A stretch of DNA of 64,000 nucleotides, taken from the NCBI GenBank assembly GCA_964016885.1, contig OZ024741.1:104718001-104782000 (forward strand), written 5' to 3'. The position numbers were made by a program, and so were the translations under genes. The DNA is from Eledone cirrhosa. Lineage: Eukaryota. The notes beneath the pieces are model-generated. The model was given only the letters and a program-made list of their open reading frames with translations, was not told the DNA's origin and did not search any database. This document shows positions 1 to 15,125 of this stretch, piece after piece (the stretch's first letter is position 1; each line of letters begins with the position of its first letter).

Positions 1-64
1 ATGGGATATAATAAACCAGTAAATGACACTTAGAACCGGGGAACAAAAAATATGTTACACGGTG
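1..64 (+). mobile_element. 3' terminus of a Chapaev3-like (CMC) DNA transposon, cut by the window edge
   Basis: 1-64 is a close reverse-complement match to 61948-62010, the end of the transposase-bearing element. It ends ...TTACACGGTG and is followed by TTA, a TWA-type target site. Confidence 0.7.
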
Positions 65-97
65 TTATCTGGGTCAGACTAAAAACTAACCGATACT

Positions 98-1069
98 CTA
101 AACAACCTGTTTAAATAAGTTCTTAATGTTCTGCGTGCGCCACCACCCCTCTCCTCCCACTTCCCTCCTGACCACAACATCTCTGGAGACCTTACAAGAT
201 CTCTTTGGACACCGGATTATACATGGATATTCCGACACACGTGAAAATAGCCTCGCACAAACGTACACACTCACATACATAGAAACAATATAAAAAGTTA
301 CATACACCCAGGTACACACAAGCATACCCAAACACAAACATACGCACATATGTACACAAATCCATCCCTCTACAGATAATACAAAGCCATCAACACACGC
401 GCAGACCCATATACACACACTCATCCGACACACGCGTGAAAATATATACACGCACACACAAACGTACACACTCACATAGATAGAAACAATTGAAAAAAAT
501 CATATACACATGCATACGTGTGGAGACACATACACATAACCATCTGACACAAACGTGTATACACACACTCACACTCACATACAACTGATAAAAGCCCCAT
601 ATACACACATACACACACGCATACACACACTCACGCGCACACACATGCACAAACAACAAAGAACTTATAGACACACACACATCAGTGTGCATACATGAAC
701 AATATAAGACTCTGAGACACACGTGTTCACGCACACACACTGACTGAAGCAATGCACACCTACAGATTCCATCCCTTCGGCACACACACAGACACACACA
801 TGACACACCTGGACCCTCTATTTCGGCCCCCACTCCCAAATACCGGACCTCTCGTCTACAACCCCAACCTATCAATCTCTCCTAACACCCTTTTCATAAC
901 TTCCTTTCCTAACTTCTACACTCTACTTTCATGTATCTATCTGTTCTCTCCTTATCCGAAATTTCCTGATGAAGGACATCCGTCCGAAATGTAGAACCCT
1001 CCTCTAATTCCTCTAAGCGTGAACCTAACATGATATTGTATTTTTGCATCCCTGTTTTTTTTTATCAAC
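98..1069 (+). mobile_element. Penelope-like element 3' UTR/pseudo-LTR fragment
   Basis: CA-rich. Patchy similarity to the 3' region of the PLE at 14160-14972 (ATCTCTT..CGGATTA, hammerhead core, AGCGTGAA motif). Ends at (TA)n as that element does. Internal duplication ~230-290 vs ~424-490. Confidence 0.55.
961..994 (+). ncRNA. Hammerhead-ribozyme-like core
   Basis: CTGATGA (966-972), stem II GGAC-atcc-GTCC, GAAA (986-989). Stems I and III are not canonical. Confidence 0.5.
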
Positions 1070-3525
<2,456 letters not shown>

Positions 3526-3912
3526 GACGATATAATAGGAAATGTGATTCACTGGCATTTATGCAAACTAAATAATTTACCACATTCTGAGAAGTGGTAT
3601 GAGCATAAGAGTCGGTGATAGAAAACGATCGAGTGAAGGTGCTATGTGATTTCAGGATTCAGACAGACAAGAAATTAGAACACAATAGTCCTGACCTGGT
3701 GGTTTTTGACAAGGAAAAAAGATCGTGCCTAACTGTAGATATAGCCTGCCCCTTTGACACGAGAGTGCAAGAAAAGGAGGAGAGAAATTAACCGATACCA
3801 GTATTTAAAGTGGGCGTTAAAAAGGATTTGGGACTGTCACGAGATCAAGATCATCCCGATTATCATTGGGGCACTAGGTACTATCTAGAAGAGTTTTCAA
3901 GGATGGTTGGAG
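3526..3912 (+). mobile_element. Dong/R4 family A fragment (restriction-like endonuclease region)
   Basis: Encodes IHWHLCKLNNLPHSEKWYEH...DFRIQTDKKLEHNSPDLVV, homologous to 21000-21350 (-). Confidence 0.88.
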
Positions 3913-3923
3913 GGAGGGACGTT

Positions 3924-4035
3924 ACTGGTACTTTATTTTATTGACCCCGTAAGGATGAAAGGCAAAGTTAACCTCGGCGGGATTTGAACTCAGAACGTAT
4001 AGGACCATAACTCTATGCTGCAAAGCATGGTGTCT
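3924..4035 (-). mobile_element. tRNA-derived SINE fragment (Meta/MESC-type core as recalled for molluscs)
   Basis: Minus strand reads GAGTTCAAATCCC (B-box-like), then GCCTTTCATCCTTACGGGGTCAATAAAATAAAGTACCAGT. A related copy lies at 7921-7965. Confidence 0.7.
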
Positions 4036-4969
4036 GGCGCTCTTCCGATACTTCCAATCCACCGTGTGTGAGGGGTGTATTGATAGCCTCCACCTTCAGT
4101 TATGGCAAACCGCGAGTTGGTAGCTGCACATAGAAGTGTATTATCCAAGGCGTGCGCGTGTGTAAGGTTTTTTTGTGAAAGAAGATCAGTTGTCCGCACA
4201 TGTATGTATCCCCCTCAATACTACCACTAGCGGAGGGGTGTGGTTCATTGTCTACCTTTCTGATCTTTCATCACAGTTGATAAACACCACATAGATCCTC
4301 ACCTCCGGGCCCCGTATGCGGGTTATAAATGCAACTAGGACCACAACCACATAAAATGAAGCTCAACATTCATGAGAATTGAATTTTCCCTTGATCAACA
4401 CCGTCTTGTCTGCCTCTGGCCTAACTTTGTGCCGGTGATAATCGAAACCTCTGTTGCCCTCGGGTCTTGGGCGGACGTTTACCATTACCAAATCGAGAGT
4501 GGGGTCGTCATGCCTGAGGTATAACTCTATAATACAGTGGGTATCGCTGGCAATATTTTCGACATCTTGTACGCGGAGTTCAGCTGAGATATACGGCCCA
4601 ACTAAGGAAGGAGTTTGACCTCTTCCCATTTCTCCTCCACCTTTTAAAAATGCTTTTTTTTTTCATTCTTTCTCTTTGTTTTTGTTACCTTTGTAAATTA
4701 TATTCTTTAAAAAGATCCTTCTTATTGTAAATACACACCGGAAAATAGATATAAATATATAAATAACAGGGATAAATATAAACAGATTCATCTCCATTGT
4801 TATTTTTATCGGAGAAGCATTAAGCTAGCCTAAGTTTACGAGAAAATTCCGTGAGACCATTTTTCGTTTCGGGAAGTTTAATTTATGAGGGGTAGGTTTA
4901 AATTTTAGTTCTTTACTAAGTATATTTGTTTATGCGTTTGTTGATGTCTTTTTTGAAATGTTAATTATA

Positions 4970-5116
4970 CAGGTAAAATTCCGTCATAACGAATACCATT
5001 ATAACATATTTTTCTGTATAACGAATTTTGTTTCAACGCTCGGTGTGTTAGGTCGATCTCGTTATAAAGAATTTTTCGTTACACCCCATGAATTTAGTTA
5101 TAACGGAATGTCACTC
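4970..5116. mobile_element. Tc1/mariner-pogo (Tigger-like) MITE
   Basis: Imperfect TIRs: TA-CAGGTAAAATTCCGTCATAACGAAT versus reverse complement TA-GAGTGACATTCCGTTATAACTAAAT. Internal TATAACGAA repeats and TA flanks. Confidence 0.6.
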
Positions 5117-6052
5117 TATTCGGTTTTTCATGTTCGGAAGCCATCGTATGTCCTGCTAATTCTGTTCTTAAGCTAACAAATGATTGCTATTTTAAACACT
5201 ACTGTTATCTATTGTTCGTGTGTTTCGAATTGATCTATAGGTTGATATTTAAATAGGAATTATTATAGTGTTGGGTGGGGGTTCACGATGCGGTTGTTTT
5301 GTCCTCCCTCTCCACGAAATTGGTTAAATCTAAATATAAGGTATCAACACACATCTGTAAACACATCTATGTATATACCTACATACACACACAACACACA
5401 CAATACAACACACACACACAATACACACACACAACACACACACACACACACAACAACAACAACACACACACACACATACACACACACACACAGCATAACA
5501 CACACACACACACTACAAGATTTTTAAAAAATCACCATTTGTTCAAAATAACTTATTGCCAATGAAAATATCCACAATTGGAAATTAGAGATTTTTCCGA
5601 AAATTTATTTTTTTCAGAAAGTTTTAGTAGAATTTCCAGAAATTTCTTTGACAAACGTATCTCCCTCCCTACGACCACACGACTCCTTTCAATCATCTTT
5701 ATATTTGTATTTTCATTTTTATTTATGTCTATATTTTTACTCTTATTGTTACTGCACCACTCCGTAAAACAAACTCTAACATAATCTTGAGCTTTTGACC
5801 AAATTGATCTAGCGCACCTGTAGACAACTCCACCCATACGTGCACATGCAGACAGACATCCACACATACTTACCCCTCCCCGCCCAATATACCCCCACCC
5901 CATTATATACACCCACTCTGACAGACTCACACACATTCACACACATTACATTCGCACACACAGGCAACAGGACACAATATTGTTACCTGTATTTTTATTT
6001 GAATAGAATAGATCATTTTCTATTGCATCAATTGAATCTAGACTTATTGAAC

Positions 6053-6054
<2 letters not shown>

Positions 6055-6104
<50 letters not shown>

Positions 6105-6300
6105 TATATATATAGATATATATATACATACATACATACACATACATACACATACATAAATATGTACATGCATACGTACACACACATACATACATATATA
6201 TATATATATATATGTGTGCGTGTATGCATATGTATATACGCATAAGAACGCGCAAACGTAAATACACACACGTACACACACACACGCACACACACGCACG

Positions 6301-6340
<40 letters not shown>

Positions 6341-6389
6341 CACACACATATATATATATATATAGACATATATATATATATATATATAT
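6055..6389. repeat. Compound (CA)n/(TA)n/(CATA)n microsatellite
   Basis: Direct reading. Similar tracts at 5380-5512, 7425-7495 and 9575-9860. Confidence 0.95.
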
Positions 6390-7096
6390 CTTTCCAGCTC
6401 AAATGTCAATTCATGAAGGCACAACTTCAGTTTGACGTCAATATATATTTCGCAGACTATCCTTCTTCCAGCGAGTGAATTATTTTAAGAAATAACCACG
6501 TTGCTCTTCATGCTTGCTTAATTCTATTTTTATTGTGTTTAACGTATAAATGATATGTAATCACGAAAATGGGGTACAACAACAGAAACTGATTTATCAT
6601 AGATATCAAATGTGTCTCTTGAGTCTGTATTATTGTCAAAATCTTTTACGAGTAAGACAACCCATTTTAAAAATGTAGATCCTATTACATGGCAACTTAC
6701 TTTTCTATATATATGTTTGATTACAATTTTCCTAAATAAAAAGGGGAGATTTTATTTCATACGTTAGAAAAATATATTATATTGTTATATTTGATATTAT
6801 CAAGGATATCCATCAATGTGTTTTCCAAGTTACTGCATACATTGTATATACTAAATCTTATAATGACCCCCCCCCCCGCAAACTGTTGTATTGCCAACCA
6901 AGGCCGGATTTATAGCAGGGCATACAGCACATTGACCCCAGGATCAGCAGGGGTGGGGCCTAGCAAGATAAATATGCTCTGGGACAGCCAAGAGTGTGCC
7001 CCTGATGGGATTTTTTATTTTATCTTTTAGACACACCAAAAATTCTCACAACTAATCTCTTATCTCTCCTTCTTGATTGGTTTGTACATTCACTTT

Positions 7097-7147
<51 letters not shown>

Positions 7148-7167
7148 TACGTTATGTATATATATAT

Positions 7168-7290
7168 ACGACGGGCTTCCGCAGTTTCAGTATACTAAAT
7201 TCCACTCACATAGCATTGGTCAACAATCCGAAGATTTAGTAGAAGTGACGTTCTGAGGGACTAAATACAGAACCAAACGGTTATGGCCTA
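7168..7290 (-). mobile_element. SINE fragment (octopus-type)
   Basis: ACGACGGGCTTCCGCAGTTTC..AAATTCCACTCAC..TAGTAGAAG. Its reverse complement resembles GTGAGTGTAAATTGGGTAGACGGAAACTG at 43372-43400. Confidence 0.6.
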
Positions 7291-7875
7291 CATCCCTTTA
7301 TTTCACACAAATTTTTGAAAACATTGAAATTGTGAAAGTGGTTAAGTTAAATACAAACTCTACTTGCGTTTTCAACTTCTTTTCTTAATATGTAGTTTCA
7401 TATTTCCACCTATGTGAAAAAAATCACACACACACACATACACATACACACACGTACACCCCCCCCACACACACACACTCATATATATATATGCGCATAT
7501 ACTTTTCCTTCTTTTAGTATTTTTCTGCACAAATGTATGGCTTTATTTTCTAGTTTTGTATTTACATTTTGCATTTTAATATATTGCATGTATAGCGAAA
7601 TCGTTGCTGTGTTACATTTTCTATTTTGTATATTTACTGGGTGTTTGTTAATCGTTATGTAAAAAAAAAAGAAGCAAATGCTTATTTAAAGAGAATACTA
7701 AAAAATGTGAGAGGTTTTTATTTAACTACTGAGAGGAATTATAACTAAGGTAGGGCAAAATATATGCGAGCAACACATTGTAAAACCGACCGTATCTGCT
7801 TTAACTCAGCTTTATCTGACATTGGGACGTTTGGATAAACCCCAGTGAAAGCAGCCGTCTCTATATGCAACTGTT

Positions 7876-7975
7876 CCAATTTTGGGGGAGCGAAAGCCGA
7901 TTAAATCGACCTAATTCTTAACTGGTAGTTTATTTTGTCAACCCCGGAAGGATGATAGGGAAACCAACGCAAGCT
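7876..7975 (-). mobile_element. SINE fragment, same core as 3924-4035
   Basis: ACTGGTAGTTTATTTTGTCAACCCCGGAAGGATGA matches ACTGGTACTTTATTTTATTGACCCCGTAAGGATGA. Confidence 0.65.
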
Positions 7976-8064
7976 TTGAAGAGAAAGTAATGATAAAATG
8001 GGAGGTTTAAGACCATGTATATGTATATTCTTGTTTCTCTGTACATCAGTTTGCCGAATATTCA

Positions 8065-8113
<49 letters not shown>

Positions 8114-8129
8114 ATATATATATATATAT

Positions 8130-8925
8130 CTGCTTCTCTTCTTATTCTTCGCCCACTTATTAGTGAGAGGGTCGTGGGGGGCAGAGTCTTCAAACACCTT
8201 CCAGCATGTTCTATCAGAAGCAACCGTCTCCAACTGATCCGGCTGGATCCTCAAGCGAGACCAGCCAAGTTCATGGATGTTATCCAACCATCTTGCTCGG
8301 GGTCTACCCATGGGTCTCCTGCCGGTTGGTTTTGCCCGTAAAATCTGTACAGCGATTCTTTGCTGACACATTCTAACCACATGTCCATAGTGTCAGAGCT
8401 GTGATCTCTCAATTCAGAAAAGTAGCAGCTCTACATGGAGTGACTCTCTGATCTCCGAACTTCGTACTCTATCGAGTGACGTTACACCAAGGACCCTTTG
8501 GAGGAACCCCATTTTGGCCGCTTGTATTCGCGATCGTATTCTTTCAGTCATTACCCAAGATTCTTAACCATAGGTAAGGGTTGGCACGAATACCGAATTG
8601 AAGATAGAGTGTTTGGCTTTTACGCCTACCTCCTTCTGATTACTGAATGCTGAAGTTGGCGCATTACTGCACCAGCTCCGGCAATTCTTGCACTTAATTC
8701 GTGAACATGACCTCGAGACACTTGAACTTCTCCAGCTGCTTCAGTGGAACTCTATTCACATATAGAGTGCACTTCGCAGCCTTCTTTGAAAGGACATGTA
8801 TCCTAGTTTTCGCAGCACTGATTTTCATTCCAGCCATGCAGCACTCAGCATCAAACCTATCAAGTGCAAGTCAGAGATTACCTTCTGATGAGTTAAGTAA
8901 CACCAGGTCTATAAAGCAAGAATAT
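8130..8925 (-). mobile_element. RTE-clade LINE, 5'-truncated and decayed 3' part
   Basis: Minus-strand FVPTLTYG*ESWVMTERIRSRIQAA, YGHVVRM and TGRRPMGRPRARW are typical RTE C-terminal motifs. AAG-rich 3' end next to (TA)n. Confidence 0.85.
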
Positions 8926-9035
8926 ACCTTTTGACAATAAAGTACTAACATCCGAAATGTTAAGACTCTTTTCGTACTATATGAAGCCTAAAACTAATAA
9001 TATATTTCTTCAGTGTACTGTGTCGTTTGCCTTTT

Positions 9036-9194
<159 letters not shown>

Positions 9195-9828
9195 ATGATT
9201 CATCAAGGCTATTGGATAATTTGAAATTAGAAATTTTGGAAAGCAAACGCAGAAACCACTATAAATAATAATAGCTATAGAAAATCGTGTATGTTACCAG
9301 ATCTTCTAAAGCTATTATTATTTATAGATTTTTGTGTTTGGATTTTTGCGTATGAATTTCAAAGTGACTCAGAGTAAAACATGCTTAATTAAAAGATTTT
9401 TCTGTCTTTTAAAATGTTATAAAATTCATAAGCATTGATTAATATAAACTAGTTTAAAAAATTACTTTCAATTTGAAGTACTTTGATTGTGGCCGTTTTG
9501 TATTAACCGCCATCTTACGTTTTCAGAAAATATAGTTCCGTTTTTTATAAATATTTTGATAAAATCACCCCCTCACACACACATACACACACACACACAC
9601 ATACACACACATAAGTAGGTATATGCATATGTATATATATATGTGTGTATGTGTGTGTGTGTTTGTATGTACACACACGTACACACGTACACACACATAT
9701 ATACACTCGCCACTAGCAAAAACACACCCACTCACTCCCCCCTCTCTATCTCTCTCTCTATATAGATTCATTTATATACACGTACATACACACACACACA
9801 TACATACATACATACATACATACATACA

Positions 9829-9861
<33 letters not shown>

Positions 9862-10679
9862 TTGTTCTTCCGAAACGGCCAAACGGAAATTGTATTTGGA
9901 ACTTTAAATTAAATTTCCGCCCTGAAATGATATTTCTTCATAACAAAATACAAAGAAAGCAATGGAAAAAGACTGCAACGGCCAAACGGATATAACGTTT
10001 ATCGACTGAAATAAAATTATGAGTTTGAAAAATAAAGTTATTTTAAAACAGAATTTAGTCAAACGAATGAGACAATTGTTTTTGCGTAGAGACACACATT
10101 ACAACAATATATGATCATTGCAACATACCTGTTATATAAATGTAAGTATACACTTGTGTATATATATATATATATACGTTGAAAAAAGAAGTAAGTGACA
10201 TAGTCATTACTTTAAAATGATAGCGCAAGGTCTTCAAAATGTTTTAAATTAAACATACGGTATATTGCTAAATATACTATACATACAGTCATGTATGCAT
10301 CGCTATTTCAGAGCACCAATCCTAATATACTAATATATATATATATATATATACACACCTTCCCACACTTGTTCTTTCCTTCCACGCATTACCTTTGTTT
10401 GATTTTGTTACTGTACTTGTTTATTTCCGTATCTGATTTTTTGCCTGTGTTTTTACAATTTTATTTCTATGATTTTCTGTTCACGATTGCCTGTGTTTTT
10501 ACCTTTATGATTTTTTTCTCTTTAATTTTCCTGCGTATACTCTCCCCTCCTTACGTTTTTCTGTTTCATTTTCCCTTCCCCGTCTCTGCCTATCCTTCGC
10601 ACTCACTCCTTCGTTCACTCCACCCCGCTTCACACACCTGCTTTCTCATCTCTCCCCCTGCTTTCATCCAACGCCCACC

Positions 10680-13431
10680 ATGCCCAGCCTGAGATCCTTT
10701 CTCCACCAACTACACACTAGCCTCAAACTTTTCCTCACTCCCCTCCTCCCACCCTGCTATCTCCCCTCTGCCCTTCAGCTCTCTTACCTTCTCTTCGCCA
10801 AAACCCGGCACTCCAGCCACATCCATTTCCTCAGCCACTGCCTCCGCCTCCACCTTATCCCCCTCGGCTTCCGCCTACACTTCCACCCTTCCCCCGCCGC
10901 TTCCCCCTCCACGCAACGTATCCTCACCCGATCCTCACGCCTCCTGATGCGCAACTCCATCCGCGCCTCCCGTTCCACCCTCCGCCAACTTGACCACCAA
11001 CTGACCCCCACCCTCCTCCGCCTTAACTCCACCTGCCACCCCCTCCTCGCCCAAGCCATCCTCTCCTTCATCCAAAACCTCAACCACGACCTCTTCTCCT
11101 CCTCAGCTCCACCAAAGCCGCAAGCTACACTCACTCCTCCCAACCACCACCATCCACCACCACCCGCCCATCCCCATGAGCCCACCACTCTCCACCCCCC
11201 CTCGACCTCCCCCCACACACCCAAACCCCACCACTTGTTGTCACCATACCCCCTGACTGACCTCCCCCTCTCCGCACCTGAGCGCTCACTCCTTAGTAGA
11301 GGCCTCCGCTTCATACCCCACACTCCGCACAGCGACGAGTTCCGCACCCGAACGGAAGTCGAGCGATTCGTGCGACGCACGAAGCTACAGGCACATTTCG
11401 GCCAAACGCCACCGGCTCCGGACGCCTCAGACCCGTTTCTCGACCTGGGCTGACGACCATCTTCTTGGACGCCGGCCCCAGGGCAATTTAGCACCCTGGA
11501 CGCCTTCGTCGATGCCAGCCGTAGCGCCGTAAATCGTTTCGACTTCCGCCACCGTTCCAAACGGAATAATATCACACGGGGCGAACTCCTCGCTCTCCGC
11601 TCCCTCCGTAGCCGAGATGACATCGTCATCAAATCGGCGGACAAGGGAGGCGCCGTGGTGGTGTGGCGCGCGGACCTCTACACGGCCGAAGCCCTCAGGC
11701 AGCTCCGTAACCCCCTCTTCTACCGCCCTCTACCCTCCGATCCCACACCCCTCTACCAACAACAAGTTTCCTCCACCATCCAACACCTTGTCTCCTCCTC
11801 CCTCCTCCCCCCACCGCTTCCCACCTCATCGTCCGCACCCCTCGCACCCCCACCATCTACTTTCTCCCCAAACTCCACAAACCCGACAACCCCGGCCGCC
11901 CCATCGTCTCCTCTTGCAACTGCCCCACCGAACTCATCTCCGCCTTTCTCGACTCCATCCTCGCCCCCCTTGTCACCACCCTCCCCTCCCACATCTCCGA
12001 CACCAACCACGCCCTGCGCCTTTTCGACTCCTTCACCTACCCACCCGGCCCACAGCCCTTCCTCTTCACCCTAGACATCAAGTCCCTCTATACCGTCATC
12101 CCTCACGCCGACGGCCTACGCGCCCTCAAACACTACCTCGACCTTCGCCCCTCCCCCATTCCCTCCACCCCCACCCTCCTTCGCCTCGCCGAGCTGGTCC
12201 TCACCCTCAATTGTTTCTCCTTCTCGGGTGAGTTTTACCAACAGGTCACGGGGGTAGCCATGGGTACAACAATGGGCCCGAACTATACCAACCTTTTTGT
12301 TGGCCATGTTGAGGCCCAAATCTTTGCCCAGTACACCGGCCCCACGCCCGAACTGTACGGTCGTTACATCGACGACTGTATCGGAGCCACGACCCTCACC
12401 CGAGAACAGCTCGACTCCTTTCTCTCTTTCTTCTGCTCCTTCCACCCCTCCCTCCACTTCACCACCTCTATCTCCACCAACCACGTCCACTTCTTAGACA
12501 TCTCCGTCGCTTTCGACCCCTCCCACCACTCCCTCGTCACCTCCGCCTTCTTCAAACCCACCGACTCCCACTCTTACCTCGACTTCACCTCTTCCCACCC
12601 CACACACACTAAACACTCTATTCCCTACTCCCAACTCCTCAGGATCCGCCGCCTCTGCAGCCGAGATGCTGACTTCGAGTCCCAGGCCCTTTCCCTAGTC
12701 AGCCATTTCATCCACAGAGGTTACCCCCCCCTCTCGTCCACACCGCTCTCACCCGCGCCCGTGCTGTCCACCGCTCCACCACCCTCACCCCACGCCACCG
12801 CACACCCACAACCGTCTCCCCTTCCCCATCACCTACCACCCCTCCACCTTACTCCTCCAACGCACCATCCGCCGCCTCTTCCGACGCTCCAGTCCGACCC
12901 CTCCACCTCCCACATTTCCCAACCCCACCACTCCCCTCCTTCAAACGCGCACGCAATCTCCGCACCCTCCTCGTCCACAGCTCCCTACCCCCCAACCCAC
13001 GTTCTCTCCCCCCCGGTTCCTTTCCCTGTTCTAGGCCCCGCTGCAACAACTGTCCCCACATCACCAACACCACCACCTTCCAGGGTCCCAACGGCCACTC
13101 TCTCTCTGTCCGGCATGCCTTCCGCTGCACCTCCTCCAAACTAGTCTACGGACTTCGCTGCACGGAGTGCATCGCAACTCACGTCGGACAGACGGGACGT
13201 CGCCTGGCGGACAGATTCACTGAGCACCTCCGGGATATTCGTCTCGGTGGTAGTTCCCCCATCGCCCGCCACTTTGGTGCCCCTGGACATTCCGCACGCC
13301 ATCTCACAGTCTGTGGCCTACTCCAATGCCACGGAATACCCGCCAATCTCCTCAGAGTTGAACAAAGAACCATTTTCATCTTACAGACCCACACTCCCCT
13401 CGGCCTGAATTCCCCACCCTTATTCCTTTAG
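10680..13431 (+). pseudogene. PLE reverse transcriptase-GIY-YIG ORF with one in-frame TGA and several frameshifts
   Basis: LLSRGLRFIP, DIVIKSADKGGAVVV, LDIKSLYT, GVAMGTTMGP, RYIDD, FLDI, SIPYSQLLRIRRLCS, Cys linker CSRPRCNNC, LVYGLRCTECIATHVGQTGRRLADRFTEH, TPLGLN. Confidence 0.9.
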
Positions 13432-14848
13432 CCTTCTACCGCCCCTCCCCCCACACATATCCCCCACTAACACCACTAACACACCCCTCCTTTTCACCGC
13501 CCACCCCACAACTAACAATACTAATACTTCCACTCCACCCCTCATCCGACCACCCTTCCCCAACTATCATACTAACATCCCTCTCTTTTTCTCCCCCCCT
13601 CCTTATCACACGCACACACCCACCGGCACATATATACACGCGCTCACACTAAACACACACCCTACTACCACCACTAACCCTCACCCCCACACATCCACCC
13701 CACCACCCCGCAACTAACATCACTAACACCGCCTGACCCCAAGCACACGAACACACGCACCCACTTACACCACCCACCCTACACGCAACTAACATCACTA
13801 ACACCCCCCAACCCCACGCACACGTACACACACACCCTCTTACACCACCAACTCTACACACCCTACCACCTCTAACCCCCACTCACACCTGCATTCAACC
13901 CTTTCTCCACCTCCCGTATACTAACACCCATTAACACCCCCTTCATCAAACTACACACACACCAGTACACCACACTCCCTCCATCGACCCCCACACCCTT
14001 CTCTCCCCGCTCCACCCACACCCTTTCTCAAACACTCACTCATCCCACTAACACCTCTACTAATACACCCCCCTCCTCACTCCAACTTTCACACCTACCC
14101 ATCCTCGCCCCTTTACCATTCCACCCTACTGCTGCCATGCCCTCTGACCACCTCCCAGCACACACAGACACACAGCACTCCTACTGCCTTGACCACTTCC
14201 TGTTGCGCGCGCACCCCACATCTCCCCTCTTCCGACCATCTCTTCACGGATTACTCGTATGTGGACCTTGACCGCGGAATCAACTACCATCTTAGGATTT
14301 TACCAACCATTCCACAACATCTTCTTACGGAATCACCTTTTTGACTCACCCACACACACACCTCAAAAAAATGTTTTTTCCCACACGCCACCTACACCCA
14401 CGACACGCTTAAACCCCACACACACATGCGTTCCACCACATATTTACACATTCAGCCTCCGGATTCCTCCCCCCCACCCCTCTATCCACACACGCACACA
14501 CACTCCGACCTACACCCCACCCCCACACACATCTTCCTGAACATGCAACCCCGTTCTTCCCCCAACCCTTGCTTTCACATACACACACACACACACACAC
14601 GTACACATACACACACACACCACCTTCAGCTCTCCCCTCTCGGACACCCCGTCTCCCTCTCCCCACTCCACCCGCCACTACCCCTACACGCCCCACACCC
14701 TTCCACCACATGTTTTACCCCATTTTAATTTTATTTTGATCATGCTTTTATTTTTAATTTCATTCGCACCGTTTCCTCCCACCCCCTTTTCGCTATATGT
14801 CTCTCCACCACTCCCCTACACACCCTTTGAACTCTCTTCCCACACACT

Positions 14849-14886
14849 TTTCACCTGAAGAAGGGCTTATGCCCGAAACGTCGTTC
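14849..14886 (+). ncRNA. Hammerhead-ribozyme-like core in the PLE 3' end
   Basis: CTGAAGA (14855-14861), stem II GGGC-ttat-GCCC, GAAA (14875-14878), CGTCGTT. Minimal hammerheads are an established feature of PLE pseudo-LTRs. Confidence 0.6.
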
Positions 14887-14971
14887 CCCACCACCACCCC
14901 ACTCTCAAGAGCGTGAAATTAATAAACATTCGTTGTACTGCCTCTCTGTTTTGTTCCTGTTCAAATTTTCC

Positions 14972-15006
<35 letters not shown>

Positions 15007-15035
15007 TAACTGGATACTGTAGATTCATCACAACA

Positions 15036-15125
15036 GAGGTCCGACGAGCTTTTGATTCTAGAGTCGGGTAGATCGATACAGATCGAACCTTGAGCTGATC
15101 AATAGCGAAACGCGCGTCACTACTC
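15036..15125 (+). ncRNA. Type I hammerhead ribozyme (U4C core variant)
   Basis: CCGACGA (15041-47), long stem II GCTTTTGATT/GATCAATAGC, GAAA (15107-10), palindromic stem III CGCGCG, TC cleavage site, bulged stem I GAG-GT/AC-ta-CTC, then AATAAA. Confidence 0.7.

Larger units (their letters stand above)
10353..14972 (+). mobile_element. Penelope-like retroelement (Neptune-like), apparently near full length
   Basis: RT plus C-terminal GIY-YIG, a long CA-rich 3' UTR with ~76-bp tandem repeats (13710-13860), hammerhead core and AATAAA. Flanked by (TA)n on both sides (10333-10352; 14974-15000). Confidence 0.9.

Noticed and set aside
4363-4629. 88-aa minus ORF ending IKGKFNSH, reminiscent of the APE GDFNSH motif
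   Set aside because: A single degenerate motif with no adjoining RT; too weak to call.
6897-7010. CAAGGCCGGATTTA resembling a hAT MITE end
   Set aside because: No convincing second TIR or 8-bp TSD found.
8885-8905. CTGATGAG hammerhead-like core
   Set aside because: No stem II or GAAA follows, and it lies within RTE sequence.
11451-11453. In-frame TGA in the PLE ORF as possible selenocysteine or readthrough
   Set aside because: The context GGC TGA CGA is simply explained by CGA-to-TGA decay. Selenoprotein-encoding PLEs (Naiad) have an N-terminal endonuclease, whereas this one is C-terminal, and no SECIS was identified.
13450-13870. CA-rich tandem repeats as a CRISPR or telomeric array
   Set aside because: Degenerate repeats inside a PLE 3' UTR, with no unique spacers, cas genes or (TTAGGG)n.
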